Positions 22,700 through 33,689 of a stretch of 64,000 nucleotides of DNA are shown piece by piece. Numbering within the stretch: position 1 is the stretch's first letter; the number at the start of each line of letters is the position of its first letter. This DNA comes from Octopus sinensis (lineage: Eukaryota). Both the position numbers and the translations under genes were made by a program. The stretch lies in the NCBI RefSeq assembly GCF_006345805.1, contig NC_043000.1, forward strand, positions 74,648,001 to 74,712,000, in the 5' to 3' direction. The notes beneath the pieces are model-generated. The model worked only from the letters and a program-made list of their open reading frames with translations. It did no database searches and had not been told where the DNA came from.

Positions 22700-22812
22700 T
22701 AATAAATCTGACTGGACTGGTGCAGCTTTCGGGCTCCCCAGACCCCAGTTGAACCGTCCAACCCATGCTAGCATGGAAAGCGGACGTTAAATGATGATGA
22801 TGATGATGATGA
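22700..22812 (+). mobile_element. RTE 3'-terminal fragment with (GAT)n tail
   Basis: ccgtccaacccatgctagcatggaaagcggacgttaaatgatgatg matches the reverse complement of the RTE ends at 11188, 33690 and 61932. Confidence 0.85.
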
Positions 22813-23309
22813 AATCGTATATATTTGGTAGAATAACGACATGTGTTTCGTTGCTATATTTAAGAAATGATTATTGTAAAAATAGTAGTAGTAGTAGTAA
22901 AATCACTTCAATATAAATATAGCCACTTATATTAATTAATTTAAGGATAACAATTAAGAAAAGAAAAACAAAAGGCTAAAATGAAAGCAATGGAAAATAA
23001 TTTTAATTTAACAATTAGGAAAAAAAAAATGAAAGGGTTAGGGTTAGTGACAGGATGTTGTCTCAGTTTTAGACGCAGCAAATGATTTTAGCTCAATAGA
23101 GGCCATTGATTGGTTAAAATTCGAAAAATTAAACTACGTTAAACTTACAAATTACAATTTTCTCAAGAAAGCCAAGAGAAAAAAATGTTTTATTTTGACA
23201 CATTCTACCAGTATACGAAGTTTAAAAGTGTTTAGTTAACTACAAATTTTGTTGAAAACTGCCGTTCAAAAGGAAAAGATCCATATATATATATTACGTT
23301 TCTATATTA

Positions 23310-23650
23310 GTCATGGGCTGTGAATATAGAGGACATGCATAGACTGAAGAGGAATGAAGGTAGTATGCTCCATTGGATTTGCAACATCAGTGTGCATGAC
23401 CAATAAAGCACAACTGCATTGAGAGAAAAGTGAGGCATAAGAGGGATTAAATGTGATATGCAAGAGAGGAGAATGCATTGGTTTGGACTTGTGACATGTA
23501 CAAGTAAAGACAGCTGTATACAGAAGTGCCTGTCACTGAAAGTGGATGGTACCTGTGAAAGAGGGAGACTCATGAAGACATGAGATGAAGTGCTGAGAAC
23601 TGACCTTAGGACTTGGGGCTCATGGAGGAGTTCAATGCAATTCAAAACTA
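23310..23650 (+). mobile_element. Degraded RTE ORF C-terminal fragment
   Basis: Homologous by eye to the end of the RTE ORF (RLKRNEGSML.WICNISV...ERRMHWFG...RGRLMKT). Confidence 0.7.
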
Positions 23651-24119
23651 GTAGATAGAATGTGTGCTTTCTGTGGCTAAAGAGTTCTTTAACTCTTATT
23701 TCTAGCAATGTTGGTGCTCCCTGCACCCTTTGCCACTGTTTAGTAACGGTGAATTATTTCTTGTTTGGCTTTGAATTCCATCTAGCCACCTTAATTATCA
23801 TACAGTTTTTAATTATTATTTTGTGGAATCAGCCACTGATCCCTATCATAAAATCTGTATATACTGACAGGATAGAATATAAATTCACCCACAATGGAGT
23901 AAGCATTACTGATGAGCATTAAATTTCATGTGAAATTGGCATATCAATCTAATGCCACTCAATTGTGGTGGAGAGATTGCCTCCCATGTCAGTAAATAGA
24001 AAATTTGCTTTCTGTGGTTAAAGAGTTCTTTGACTCTTATTTCTAGCAATGCTGGTACTCCCATCACTTTAGTGACTGTGAATTATTTCCTCTTTGGTTT
24101 TGAATTGCATCTAGTCATA

Positions 24120-24700
24120 CAAAAAACAGCTTATGAAAAAGGATGGCGATGCATAAATCCCAAATTCACAACTTGCCCACTTTACAAATTCAGTGACAGC
24201 ATAACCTTCACTCAACGCCAAAATAAAGAACTTTATTTCATTAGAAAATTTGGACCAAGTTTGAACACCCTGGGCCAAGAACATTAATACAATGCATTGG
24301 TCTTTCGAAAAGAAAAATGGAATTCTACCACTACCACCATGGTCACTACTATTACTACTATGATCAACAGTTCTCCACTGCTGCCGCTGCTGCTACTGCC
24401 ACAGCTAAGCTGCTACAACCAATGAGCTGCTGCAACCCCAACCACCACCACCACCACGGTTACTACTACTATGACCAACAGTCACTGCTGCTACTGCCAT
24501 TTCAGCCACTCACCATTTGGACACATAAGACAGCTAAAAACAACCATGTGGATTCTGTTGAGACCAGTAAGAAACAATTATGAACATTTTTATTACACTT
24601 AACTTTTAAAAATACTTTTGATAAGGTTCATTTTTTCAAGAACCGAAACATGTAAAATTTCTAAGAAAATTAAAATTTATCTTATATAGTGGCATTTTCA
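24120..24700 (+). mobile_element. Penelope-like 3' fragment (end of GIY-YIG plus terminal repeat with (CAC/TAC/GCT)n and a hammerhead-like motif)
   Basis: KELYFIRKFGPSLN at the end of ORF 24030..24287; hammerhead-like motif at 24615-24656. Confidence 0.6.
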
Positions 24701-24972
24701 AACTTCTTTATATATATATACTATTAGAAATTAACTTCAATCTTGCTTGCTTGTTTGCAATGTTACACAGCCAAACCTGTGCATAATGGGAAAATACTTT
24801 GAAAGTAAAGTGACCCTGAAATGTGAATACAAATGGAATAAAACATGTTTCACATTAATTGGACCCGTGATTCTTGAGATATTGGGGGTTTTGAGGGTAT
24901 AAATTCCCAAAACGGTGCATAATGGGAAAATACTCTGAAAATAACTTAACCTAAAAGGGAAGAAACTCTAAC

Positions 24973-25117
24973 CTATTTCTTTACTACCCACAAGGGGCTA
25001 AACACAGAGAGGACAAACATGGACACACGAACGGATTAAGTCGATTATATCGACCCCAGTGCGTAACTGGTACTTATTCAATCGACCCCGAAAGGATGAA
25101 AGGCAAAGTCGACCTCT
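24973..25117 (-). mobile_element. Headless SINE fragment with Meta-domain-like core
   Basis: Minus strand gaggtcgactttgcctttcatcctttcggggtcgattgaataagtaccag resembles the MetaSINE conserved domain as I recall it; not verified by search. Confidence 0.6.
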
Positions 25118-25515
25118 AACCTTTCGATTAATCACATTAGTGAGTTTAATTTGCAAATGTAAAAATACAAATTGTTTTTTACAGTGAATATTTCTATTTT
25201 CATTTTTGTTAAGCACAATATTTTAATCTTTAAAAATATTTTTAAGTGAATGTGATTTTTAAAATGTAAGTCATTTGTACAGTAAGTATTTATATTTTAG
25301 CTTTCTTTGAACAGACGATATTATCATCTTTTTAAAAGTTATTTTCAAATGAATACCATTACAAAAATTTGTTTGGCATATTTTTGAAATATTTTGAAGT
25401 GAAAATGACTTAAAAAATATGGTAAATATTTCATAAAAGACACATTCATAACCTTAGTGTAAAATATTTTTTTTCCATAGGTTTATTTTGAATGCATTCA
25501 ACATATCTCACCTCC

Positions 25516-25634
25516 AAAGATTTGGCTGCTATTTCTAGCATGCCTTGCTACCATGTAACAGCTATTTTCGATAAAAGGGCTGGAATAACTGTTATGTGGT
25601 AGCATGTTGTGCAAGAAATAGCAGCCAAATCTTT
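25516..25634 (+). other. 119-nt long hairpin (51-bp arms, 17-nt loop)
   Basis: Counted by hand on the + strand: 43 Watson-Crick pairs, 4 G-U pairs, 4 mismatches. Confidence 0.9.
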
Positions 25635-26836
25635 CCTTTTCTGGGGAAAGGAGCCGTTTATGCATTTTTCAATGTTACATTCATTGAAAGCATGCACAAT
25701 AACCTGGAAAAGAAGAAGAAATTCATGAAACAAAACTCACTTGGTGGGGAAAACCAAGGTCCCCACAACCCTTTCCTCCTTTCTTTTCCAGAAGAAAGTG
25801 GCTTGCTTTGGGTTTGGAGTTGAGATACGTTGATTGCACTTGAAAAATACCTGTGATAAAAAACTCGAAATGCACTCACAACAAACCTTTTGTGAATGGG
25901 TCCTTTACGAAATATTTACCCAAGATTGGGAGAGGCATGCAAATAGAAGGATCAATGAGACTGATAAAGCAAGAGCTGAGCATCTGGCAGAACCGAGGAA
26001 AAGAGACAGAAGCAGGAGAGATTAGGAATTGGACACGCAGAGAGCTGAGCATCTGATGAAACATAGGGAAAGAGACAAAAGCGTGGAACATCATGAATCA
26101 GATGCTCATGTGAATACATAAGTTTTGCATAAATCGGATCAAGTACCAAGATACACGTTTTTTTTTTTTGTACCTTTGTAAAGGGAACTGGTTGCTTCTT
26201 TACACTTTTGGGATGCAACTTGGGTGCAACACAATTTCCTTTCTTTTTGTTTCTAGTAACTACCAGTCAGGAACGAAACGCAAGTTTAGAAATATATACA
26301 ATTCTTTATTCTCTTATTCAACAATGAAACACGATGGTATACTGGTATCCATTCTTACAACAATTCAGCATTAATAGAACAGGTTAAATCCTAAGCGTCT
26401 GGGACAGGAGAATAAGCTGATCACACGTATGAAAATACGTCCTTTCTCTTCTATCGCCGTGTCTCAAGTCCCCGACGCTATTAAGGAATGCTATAGAATT
26501 TATTCTTCAGTCTCTAGCGCATGTGCATGAGGGAACTTCCTTATGCCTTTCCAGAAGGTTCCAACCCCGCACATGCACACTGAAAAAGGACGTCCGCACA
26601 CACACACACACTGAAGAATGACGTTGCGTGTGCGCACACTGGAATATGACGTCACTACACCTTTATAAATAGCCAAACCAGCATATAATGGGGAAAATGC
26701 TTTGAAAGTAAGGCACCATTGAACTGTGAATAACAGAAGTTTCACATAAATCAGCCCACTGATTCCCAAGATACACAGTTTTTTTCAGGAACCTTGAACT
26801 ATTGGTGACCCAACGGGTCATGGGTAGTCTAGTATA

Positions 26837-27060
26837 TCTATTATATAAAATCCGTTCTGTGTGTGTGTGTGTGTGTGTGTGTGTCTTTTAGGATCTCCGG
26901 CATCCTCCATCCAATTGCGCTCAAATTTGATATGTAGATACTGACGGTATCAGGGCATGTATAAGTCTTGAAAAAATTACAAAAATCGATTCCAGGTGAG
27001 AATGTGATCGATAAAGCCGTGGGAACATGCATTTGTACGCGCAAGTACATCAGCTGTTGC
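26837..27060 (+). mobile_element. Non-autonomous Helitron 5' segment
   Basis: A|TCTATTATATAAAA then (TG)n and an ...ccaattgcgctcaaattt core. Same architecture as the starts at 36378 and 55397. Confidence 0.6.
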
Positions 27061-27254
27061 TATCGATACTACAGCATGGCCACAGCTCATGAGCTGAAAC
27101 TAGAATCAATCAATCAATCATGCAATTTGCACAAAAAAAGCCGGCTGGCTTGAAATAATGCCACAAAATGCATTATATTTATGAGACCGAAAAAGTAAGA
27201 TGCCAACCTGTACATAACTGCACCTTCCATTTTTTGTTGTTTTTGTACTGCTTA

Positions 27255-28095
27255 ACTACTGACTGGTTTCCCTTACTTCAATAATCAGCAAGATGTTCGA
27301 AACCATCCTTAAGAAAAGTATGTTGTTCCACCTCCAAAACACAACCTCTATCTCTGATTCCCAACACGGCTTTGTGCCGAAGAGATCATGCTTGACCAAC
27401 TTACTGGTAATGGAAGAATTGGTGACGCATATCCTCAATGATGGTGATACTGTTGACATCGTTTTATTGGACTTTGCCAAAGCTTTTGACTCGGTAAACC
27501 ACCGCCTATTACTTGTCAAGCTTCAAGCATATAGTTTCCATCCGGATATTGTACGATGGGTTGGTGCCTTCCTCTCAGATTGCTCCTTCCAAGTCCAAGT
27601 TAATGGTTCGCTGTCCGAGGTCTCCAGTGCGAGCAGTGGCGTGCCTCAAGGTTCAGTGCTTGGGCCCTTATTGTTCTTAGTCTTCATAAATGACTTGCCC
27701 GATGACGTCACGCAACACACCCTTCTATTTGCCGATGATGTCAAACTGGTCGCTCCTTGCGGTGATATAGAGGATTTTCATCGATGCCTCCACCAAGTTT
27801 GGAGATGGTCTAACGAATGGGACCTGTGTCTGAACGTGTCAAAGTGCTGTCATCTGCCTGTTGGCTCTTCTCCTGCAACTCAACTTGATTTTGAGCCGGG
27901 TTGTCTGCTGCTGGAGAGGACTGACCTGGTAAAGGACCTGGGTATCTTGGTGGATTCTTCCTTTTCACCTTCGGCCCAGTGCGTCCATGCTGCCAACAAA
28001 GCACGCGGTGTTCTGTTTTTGATTCGACGGTCATTCGAAATGCTCAAAGCAGCCATATTCCTACCGCTCTATGTCACGCTGGTGAGACCCATATT
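27255..28095 (+). pseudogene. CR1-group LINE RT internal fragment
   Basis: ORF 27293..28183: QHGFVPKRSCLTNLL, LLDFAKAFDSV, VPQGSVLGP, LFADDVKL. Truncated at both ends. Confidence 0.9.
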
Positions 28096-28789
28096 TGCTC
28101 TGGGTCTTGACATTGGTGTTAAAACACTGACCATTGAGCTGCATTTTTATCTTGGGGAAAAGATGGAAGTCTGTAGGTGCTAAATTTGGTTAATAGGGCA
28201 GAAGTGATACCATGTTGATTTTGGTAAAAAAAACTCATGAGTGAAGAGAGCTCAATGAATAATCCAATTATTTACACTCCTCAAATCTAGTTGTGTTTGC
28301 CAAATGTCCTCTCTCAAGCACTTCAAAACATTGCTGTAGATCACTCAAACTACAGCATAGAGGGATCTGCATTGCTACTCATATATAGTAGAAGGAAAAA
28401 TGGGGGTGGAGAACGAAAAATGATTGTTAGGTGCAGCAAGACAAATAATGATGATAAGATGCCCTACCCTATCCCTGGTATATGCTGAGGAGAAGTGGGT
28501 GGATGATTTGTAAGAAATGTATGGGAAGGTAAACGAGGGGTGAGGAAGATTGATAGATGCTGAAGAGTGAAGGCAGTAAACTACATGGGTAGTAATGATG
28601 ATACAGTTGCTAGAGCGAGGCAGATATATGGTTGGGTAGTTGTGCCATAAAACATACAGACTGGATGAAAGTCACTGTAACGGATGTAGAACCTAAAATA
28701 TACCACTTCCAGAACTCAGTTTTGCTGAGGAGAGCATGCTTTTTGAGAACCCCATATTGCTAAAAATCCTTGTATCCTTTGTCATCTTG

Positions 28790-29135
28790 TCCATCAGGCT
28801 TAGGGTTCTGTGGTCAGCTTTCACCACTTCATCCCCTGTCATCTTGTGTCTTCCTTTTGTGTTGGTTCCAACTTTCTGGCTGCATTAAGTGAACAGCACT
28901 TTTTGATGCAATTGTCTTCATCCATATACATCACATACCAGTGCAGTCTTCTTTCTTGAACCCAGAATGATTATTCTTATAACCAATTTTTCACTTAGCA
29001 CCTTTGTATTAATTCTTTCATGCACATTCACAATGCACATCCAACAAATGTTTCTTTCATTTCTTTTAAAAATTCTTAAGTTCTCTGCATTCTAAGCCCA
29101 TGTCTCACTACTATACAGCATTGTTGTTCTAACAC
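28790..29135 (-). mobile_element. Degraded RTE C-terminal fragment
   Basis: Homology by eye to the RTE C-terminus (CVRTTMLYSSE...RLHWY...). Confidence 0.6.
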
Positions 29136-29283
29136 AAAGATCATCCCTTCACACTTAGGGAAAAGATCATTTAGCATCATTATCATCATCACCATCATCA
29201 GCAGTAGTGGTAGTAGTAAATTACTCCTTGCAGTACGATAGCAACAGCAATTACACAAAAATTAATGAATAAATAAAATCAGA

Positions 29284-29683
29284 TTCTTTTATTCTTTTAT
29301 TTGTTTCAGTAATATGACTGTGGACATGCTGGAGCACCACCTTTAGATGAACAAATTGACCCCAAGACTTATTCTTTGTAAGCCTAGTACTTATTCTATC
29401 GGCCTCATGCTGAATTGCTAAGTTACGGGGACATAAACGCACCAACATCAGTTATCAAGCAATGTTGGGAGGACAAACACAGACACAAATGTATACACAC
29501 ACACACACACACACACATATATACAATGGGCTTCTTTCAGCTTCCGTCTACCAAATCCACTCACAAGCCTTTGGTCGACTGAAGGCTATAGTAGAAGACA
29601 CTTGTTCAAGGTGCCAGGCAGTGGGACTAAACCTAGAACCATGTAGTTGATAAGCAAGCCACTTACCACTCAGCCACTCCTGC
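29284..29683 (-). mobile_element. tRNA-derived SINE (family B, CORE-like segment, internal (CA)n)
   Basis: Reverse complement of the SINE at 56999-57380: A-box-like tggctgagtggtaag, ggcaccttg(a)acaagtgtcttctactatagcc, and 3' tail ccagcatgtccacagtc...actgaaac. Confidence 0.85.
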
Positions 29684-29869
29684 AATAAAAAATAATAACT
29701 AGAAACCAGAACTTAACTAAAATTTCATTGTTTGTTTTGTAAATTTTTGACTTCATCTTTACCTTTTTCTGAAATAGTTGAAATCTATGAATTTGGGACA
29801 GCAACGAAAACTGTTTTCTTTTTAATATTGTAATGTTGTATACTTTTATAACTTGTCTTTCTTTTTCAG

Positions 29870-30053
29870 ATATTCGGCAGCAGTTAAATGACCAGTTAAA
29901 ATGTTTGGAGTATAGACTGGACACTGAAGTGGCCATTGTCCTTGAAATGGAGGATTTTTTTAAGAAGATCTCAGAAATAGAAAGTGAATATGGAAAAAAT
30001 TTGGAGAGACTAGTCAGACAAATCAATACAAAACATAAAACTGAAAAACAGAA
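29870..30053 (+). CDS. srGAP: srGAP (SLIT-ROBO Rho GTPase-activating protein) internal exon, F-BAR helix 1 (likely exon 2)
   Basis: Acceptor ctttttcAG and donor GTAAGT; 184 nt, phase 1 to phase 2. Translation (x)IRQQLNDQLKCLEYRLDTEVAIVLEMEDFFKKISEIESEYGKNLERLVRQINTKHKTEKQK aligns from memory with the srGAP IRAQL.EQ.KCL...QDFFRK.AEIE..YSRNLEKL motif. Confidence 0.9.
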
Positions 30054-30754
30054 GTAAGTAGTTATTTATTCTTATTTACTTTCAAAGATTTATCATGCTA
30101 GTATTTAGATTCAGCCTTGCTATGGTTGTTTTAAGGGTATAGGGTTATACTATTTGAGTTTCTATTCCACTAATAGCCTTTTTCCTTTTCTTTCTTTCCT
30201 TCTGTGTTTTCTATATTATTTTTATGATATGAGCACATGTATGGCTATATAATTGAGAAGTTCACTCATATGATCCCTGATTTGATCCCACTCTGCAGCA
30301 TCTTGGGCAAACATATTCTGTTAATACTTTGGGAGTGAAATTTGGTAGGTGGAAACTTTTCCATACTGACATGGGTTTGTCAAGACTTATTGAAACAGTA
30401 CTTTATAGTCGAATGCTCTTCCTAATCTGACATCTTTTGTGTTTTTAAATAAAGTAGGTGCTTTATTCCATACTTACGCACATCATTGCTGTCCAAATAG
30501 TATCAATCTGAAAACATGGAGATAAACACACGTGTGTGCATGCACACATTTACATATACATCAGGATTCTGTACAGTTTCTGCCTACCCAATTTCACTCA
30601 TAAGGCATAGGTTTTCTGAAAGTAATAGTAAGTGCTATAAAGTGGGATCAAACTAAAAACCATGTAGTTTCAAAATGGACACCTTAACCACATAATCATG
30701 CCTGTATATATGCAAGCATGTATGTATGCAAGGCCTTTGTCCTCACCATCAACC

Positions 30755-31600
30755 TTGACAAAACTGTACTAATGTACCAGCCTGCACCTGGATTGCCATA
30801 CATAGAGCCAGCTATCTATATTGATAGCCACAAACTGAAGGCAGTCGACAAGTTTATATATGGAGATAGCACTATCAACTGACACTGCTTTTTAGACAAA
30901 GAGATCACTGCACGAACAAGAAGGGCAACTGACGTCTTTACCACTCTGAAGGGTCATGTCTTATCCCTGAGAGGCTTGAAAAATAGTACCAAGTTGGCAG
31001 TCTCCAATGTCTGTATACTGACATGCTTATTATTTTTGTGTGAAACGTGTAGTGTACTGCCATCAACTAACATTCAAACACTTTCATCAACAGTGTTTGA
31101 GAAACATCCTGGGCATCCATTGGATGACCCATACTCATGACAATAACATTTTAAAAAGAGCTAATGCTATGAGTATTGAAGCCCACTTCCACTATCACCA
31201 TATGCACTGGGTTGATGATGTTGGGTACAGCAGAATTCCCAAGCAAATGTTGTATAGAGAACTCAAGTATAACATATGCCAAGAAAGCAATTCAAGGACA
31301 ATCTAAAACAGATTGAGATTTCAGAACAGGAGCAAAAAGACATTTCATGTAATAGGAAAATCTGAAAGCACATTTCAGTGAAATGCAAATGAATGGTCAC
31401 ACATAAGGAGATCAGCAGGTAAAGACAATTCAGTTGTCCTCACCTAGTCTGTAATATGTGGCTGCATATGTATGTTTTTGTGCAGAAAAACCTATTACAA
31501 ACTACAGCTTTCTTACTGGGGCCAGCCTCACATACACTGTCTGCAAGAAAACATGTATTAATCACTCAGGTTTATCTAGGCACATGAAGGTGCTCAGAGA
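30755..31600 (+). mobile_element. Degraded RTE-BovB-type LINE 3' fragment incl. terminal C2H2-like finger
   Basis: KTVLMYQPAPGLPYIEPAIYID..LKAVDKF, HQQCLRNILGIHW, RIPKQMLY and CKKTCINHSGLSRHMK. Frameshifted. Confidence 0.7.
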
Positions 31601-32959
31601 AAATCATCAGAATGATCTGGAACAACTAAGAAGTCACAAGAATTTGTATGAAAGTTGAATCTGCAACAAGTTCTGTGAGTTATTGGCAGGATCCAAGATC
31701 TACGGTCATACTCATTTGAGTTGACAGCCATCATGTGTGAATATTGTTATAAAGAATGAGTGTAGGTGTATTGGTGAAAGATGTACACAGAGAAAAAGTA
31801 GTTTTCTGTTCACTCTCTCCATTGCAAATGTAGTAAACAACTAATTAGCTAGTTAAGCAATTATAACCAATGCTACTGATTTTCACAAAATGAATGATAT
31901 AAATTAAAACAAATCATCTTAACATTATTCATATGATCAATACTTGGTGAGTTTCAGTGCCAAATATCTTTTCCACAAGTGTTTATTAAGAGAATCAATG
32001 TAATTCTATATGTAATCTATTCTACCATACATATCTCTGAAATAGACTTTCTATTTTGGTCAAATTAGTGATGTGGTCAGGAGGGCAAGTGTTGTTATGT
32101 TGAAGAAGCATGCTGTGTTGCCAGTTAAATCATCTCAGCTGCATTGAGCTGTTGCATTCACTAAATGTAAAGCTCTGCAATGTTTGTGTGGTTGTTTGCA
32201 AGTATTTTGTAGTGTATTAGCCCTTCCTAATCCCACCAAATGCAGATCATTGTCTTATGTGGATGCAGCAATAGCAGAGTGCTGGAGTCTGTCTCTTTCA
32301 AGCAGAGTATCTGGTACCCATGCACTCAGCTTTTGATCCTCATCCATTGAGTGAGGGTGGTATCATGAGAGTATCCTATTTTCCCTAGTGAGTTGGTGGG
32401 TTGGTGTGGATCTTCATGGATGGACTAGTTCAGTTGATCCTCATTGAACTGAATATGTTGGCCAGAATGTGAGGTTGAATTTTCCCTCCCTGAAGTGTGA
32501 AAACCATTTCTGTGCTTTCTCTGTACATAGCATAAATGTCTTGAGTGGCTCAGGTAGCTATGGAGCCTTGATTCAAAGTGAAGATATACAGGCATGAAAA
32601 ATGTTTATTTTTTCTTACTTGTAACTCCATTCTTATGTGAAAAGAAGTAACAGTCTAATTTCAATAACAATAAAGAAGAGTTGTAAAGGAAGGATACAAC
32701 TAAAAATGACATAGAACAAACACTACAAAGAAAATATTTTTTGTGTTAATTCATAATTGACAACCCATACTTTCAATGTCTATTACTAATTATAAAATTG
32801 TCCTGAATTCACATTTATTTTGGTTGGTCTGTCCATACAAACATTGTTTTTTTTTAAGTTTGATTCCAGTTGAGCAGATATATTAATGTTCAGCTATCAT
32901 TTTTATTTTTGTTTGAGTCCCTAGCCAATGATTTATGATAACAGTTTTGGTGGCAGCCC

Positions 32960-33650
32960 GAGCATTTAAACCTGCTAGAAGGATCAGAATTCCTCTTCAA
33001 AGAGGGACAGAAATTCAAGATCAAATCTAATTTTACTTGTGCCTCTGAAAACATAATTTATGTCATAAAATGCTCGGGCTGCCACCAAAACTACGTGGGG
33101 TCCACGGGACTATCACTCAGACGTAGATGCACACTGCATCGACAACAGATTGCATTCCCAGAATACAGAATGATACCTTTTAGTGAGCACATTGAGAAAT
33201 GCGCAAAGCAACTACTACCACAATTTTTAATCTTTCCATTTTACCAATGTGCTATCGGAACACCAACACAAATTAGACTAAACAAGGAAACATTCTTCAT
33301 TGAAAAATACAAGCCCAAACTTAACCATTCCAGCATTCTTATACAGAGAAACTCACTCCAAAAGAAAGGCAAGAAATATTAAGCGATTATCTCCCTTACA
33401 CTGGAAGAAATCACTTATTACCTCTCCTTATCTGGAACTCTCTTTCACTCTCCTTCACACTTCTCAACGTAAACATAACGATGTAAGAAATTTGAAAAGC
33501 TGAACGCGAAACCGGTCTTTCTTCAAAAACTGTCATTGTATGAAAAAAATTTATAACATTCTTCAGACATAATGACTCAAATATATATATTTTTTAACCT
33601 TTTAAAACAAGCCTTCTGTAGTTTTTTCACTCTTTACTATTTTCTATATA
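32960..33650 (+). mobile_element. Penelope-like GIY-YIG fragment plus terminal repeat
   Basis: FTCASENIIYVIKCSGCHQNYVGSTG...IRLNKETFFIEKYKPKLN. The 3' ~350 bp recur at 38483-38830. Confidence 0.85.
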
Positions 33651-33689
33651 TTCAACCACGTGCTTTCACACACCAACTTTCTCATATAT

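Larger units (their letters stand above)
24713..26832 (+). mobile_element. Helitron deletion derivative (~2.1 kb)
   Basis: The 3' end has hairpin GACCC-AAC-GGGTC followed by CTAG|T at 26829-26833. The 5' end is TA-rich followed by (TTGC)n. Internal repeat gcataatgggaaaat occurs at 24781, 24917 and 26683 (variant). R..ET...R..L-type peptide repeats lie at about 25930-26090. Confidence 0.55.

Noticed and set aside
23034-23047. Telomeric TTAGGG repeats
   Set aside because: Only about two units, embedded in a dispersed repeat; not an interstitial telomere array.
24317-24583. His/Tyr/Ala-rich 88-aa ORF
   Set aside because: It is made of degenerate trinucleotide repeats within a Penelope terminal region, with no splice or domain support.
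1-29869. First coding exon or promoter of srGAP
   Set aside because: No segment could be supported by translation or splice signals; it may be short or upstream of the window.
31539-31595. C2H2-like finger as part of a host zinc-finger gene
   Set aside because: It is a single finger at the end of a degraded RTE ORF, where such fingers are expected, with no linker array or exon signals.
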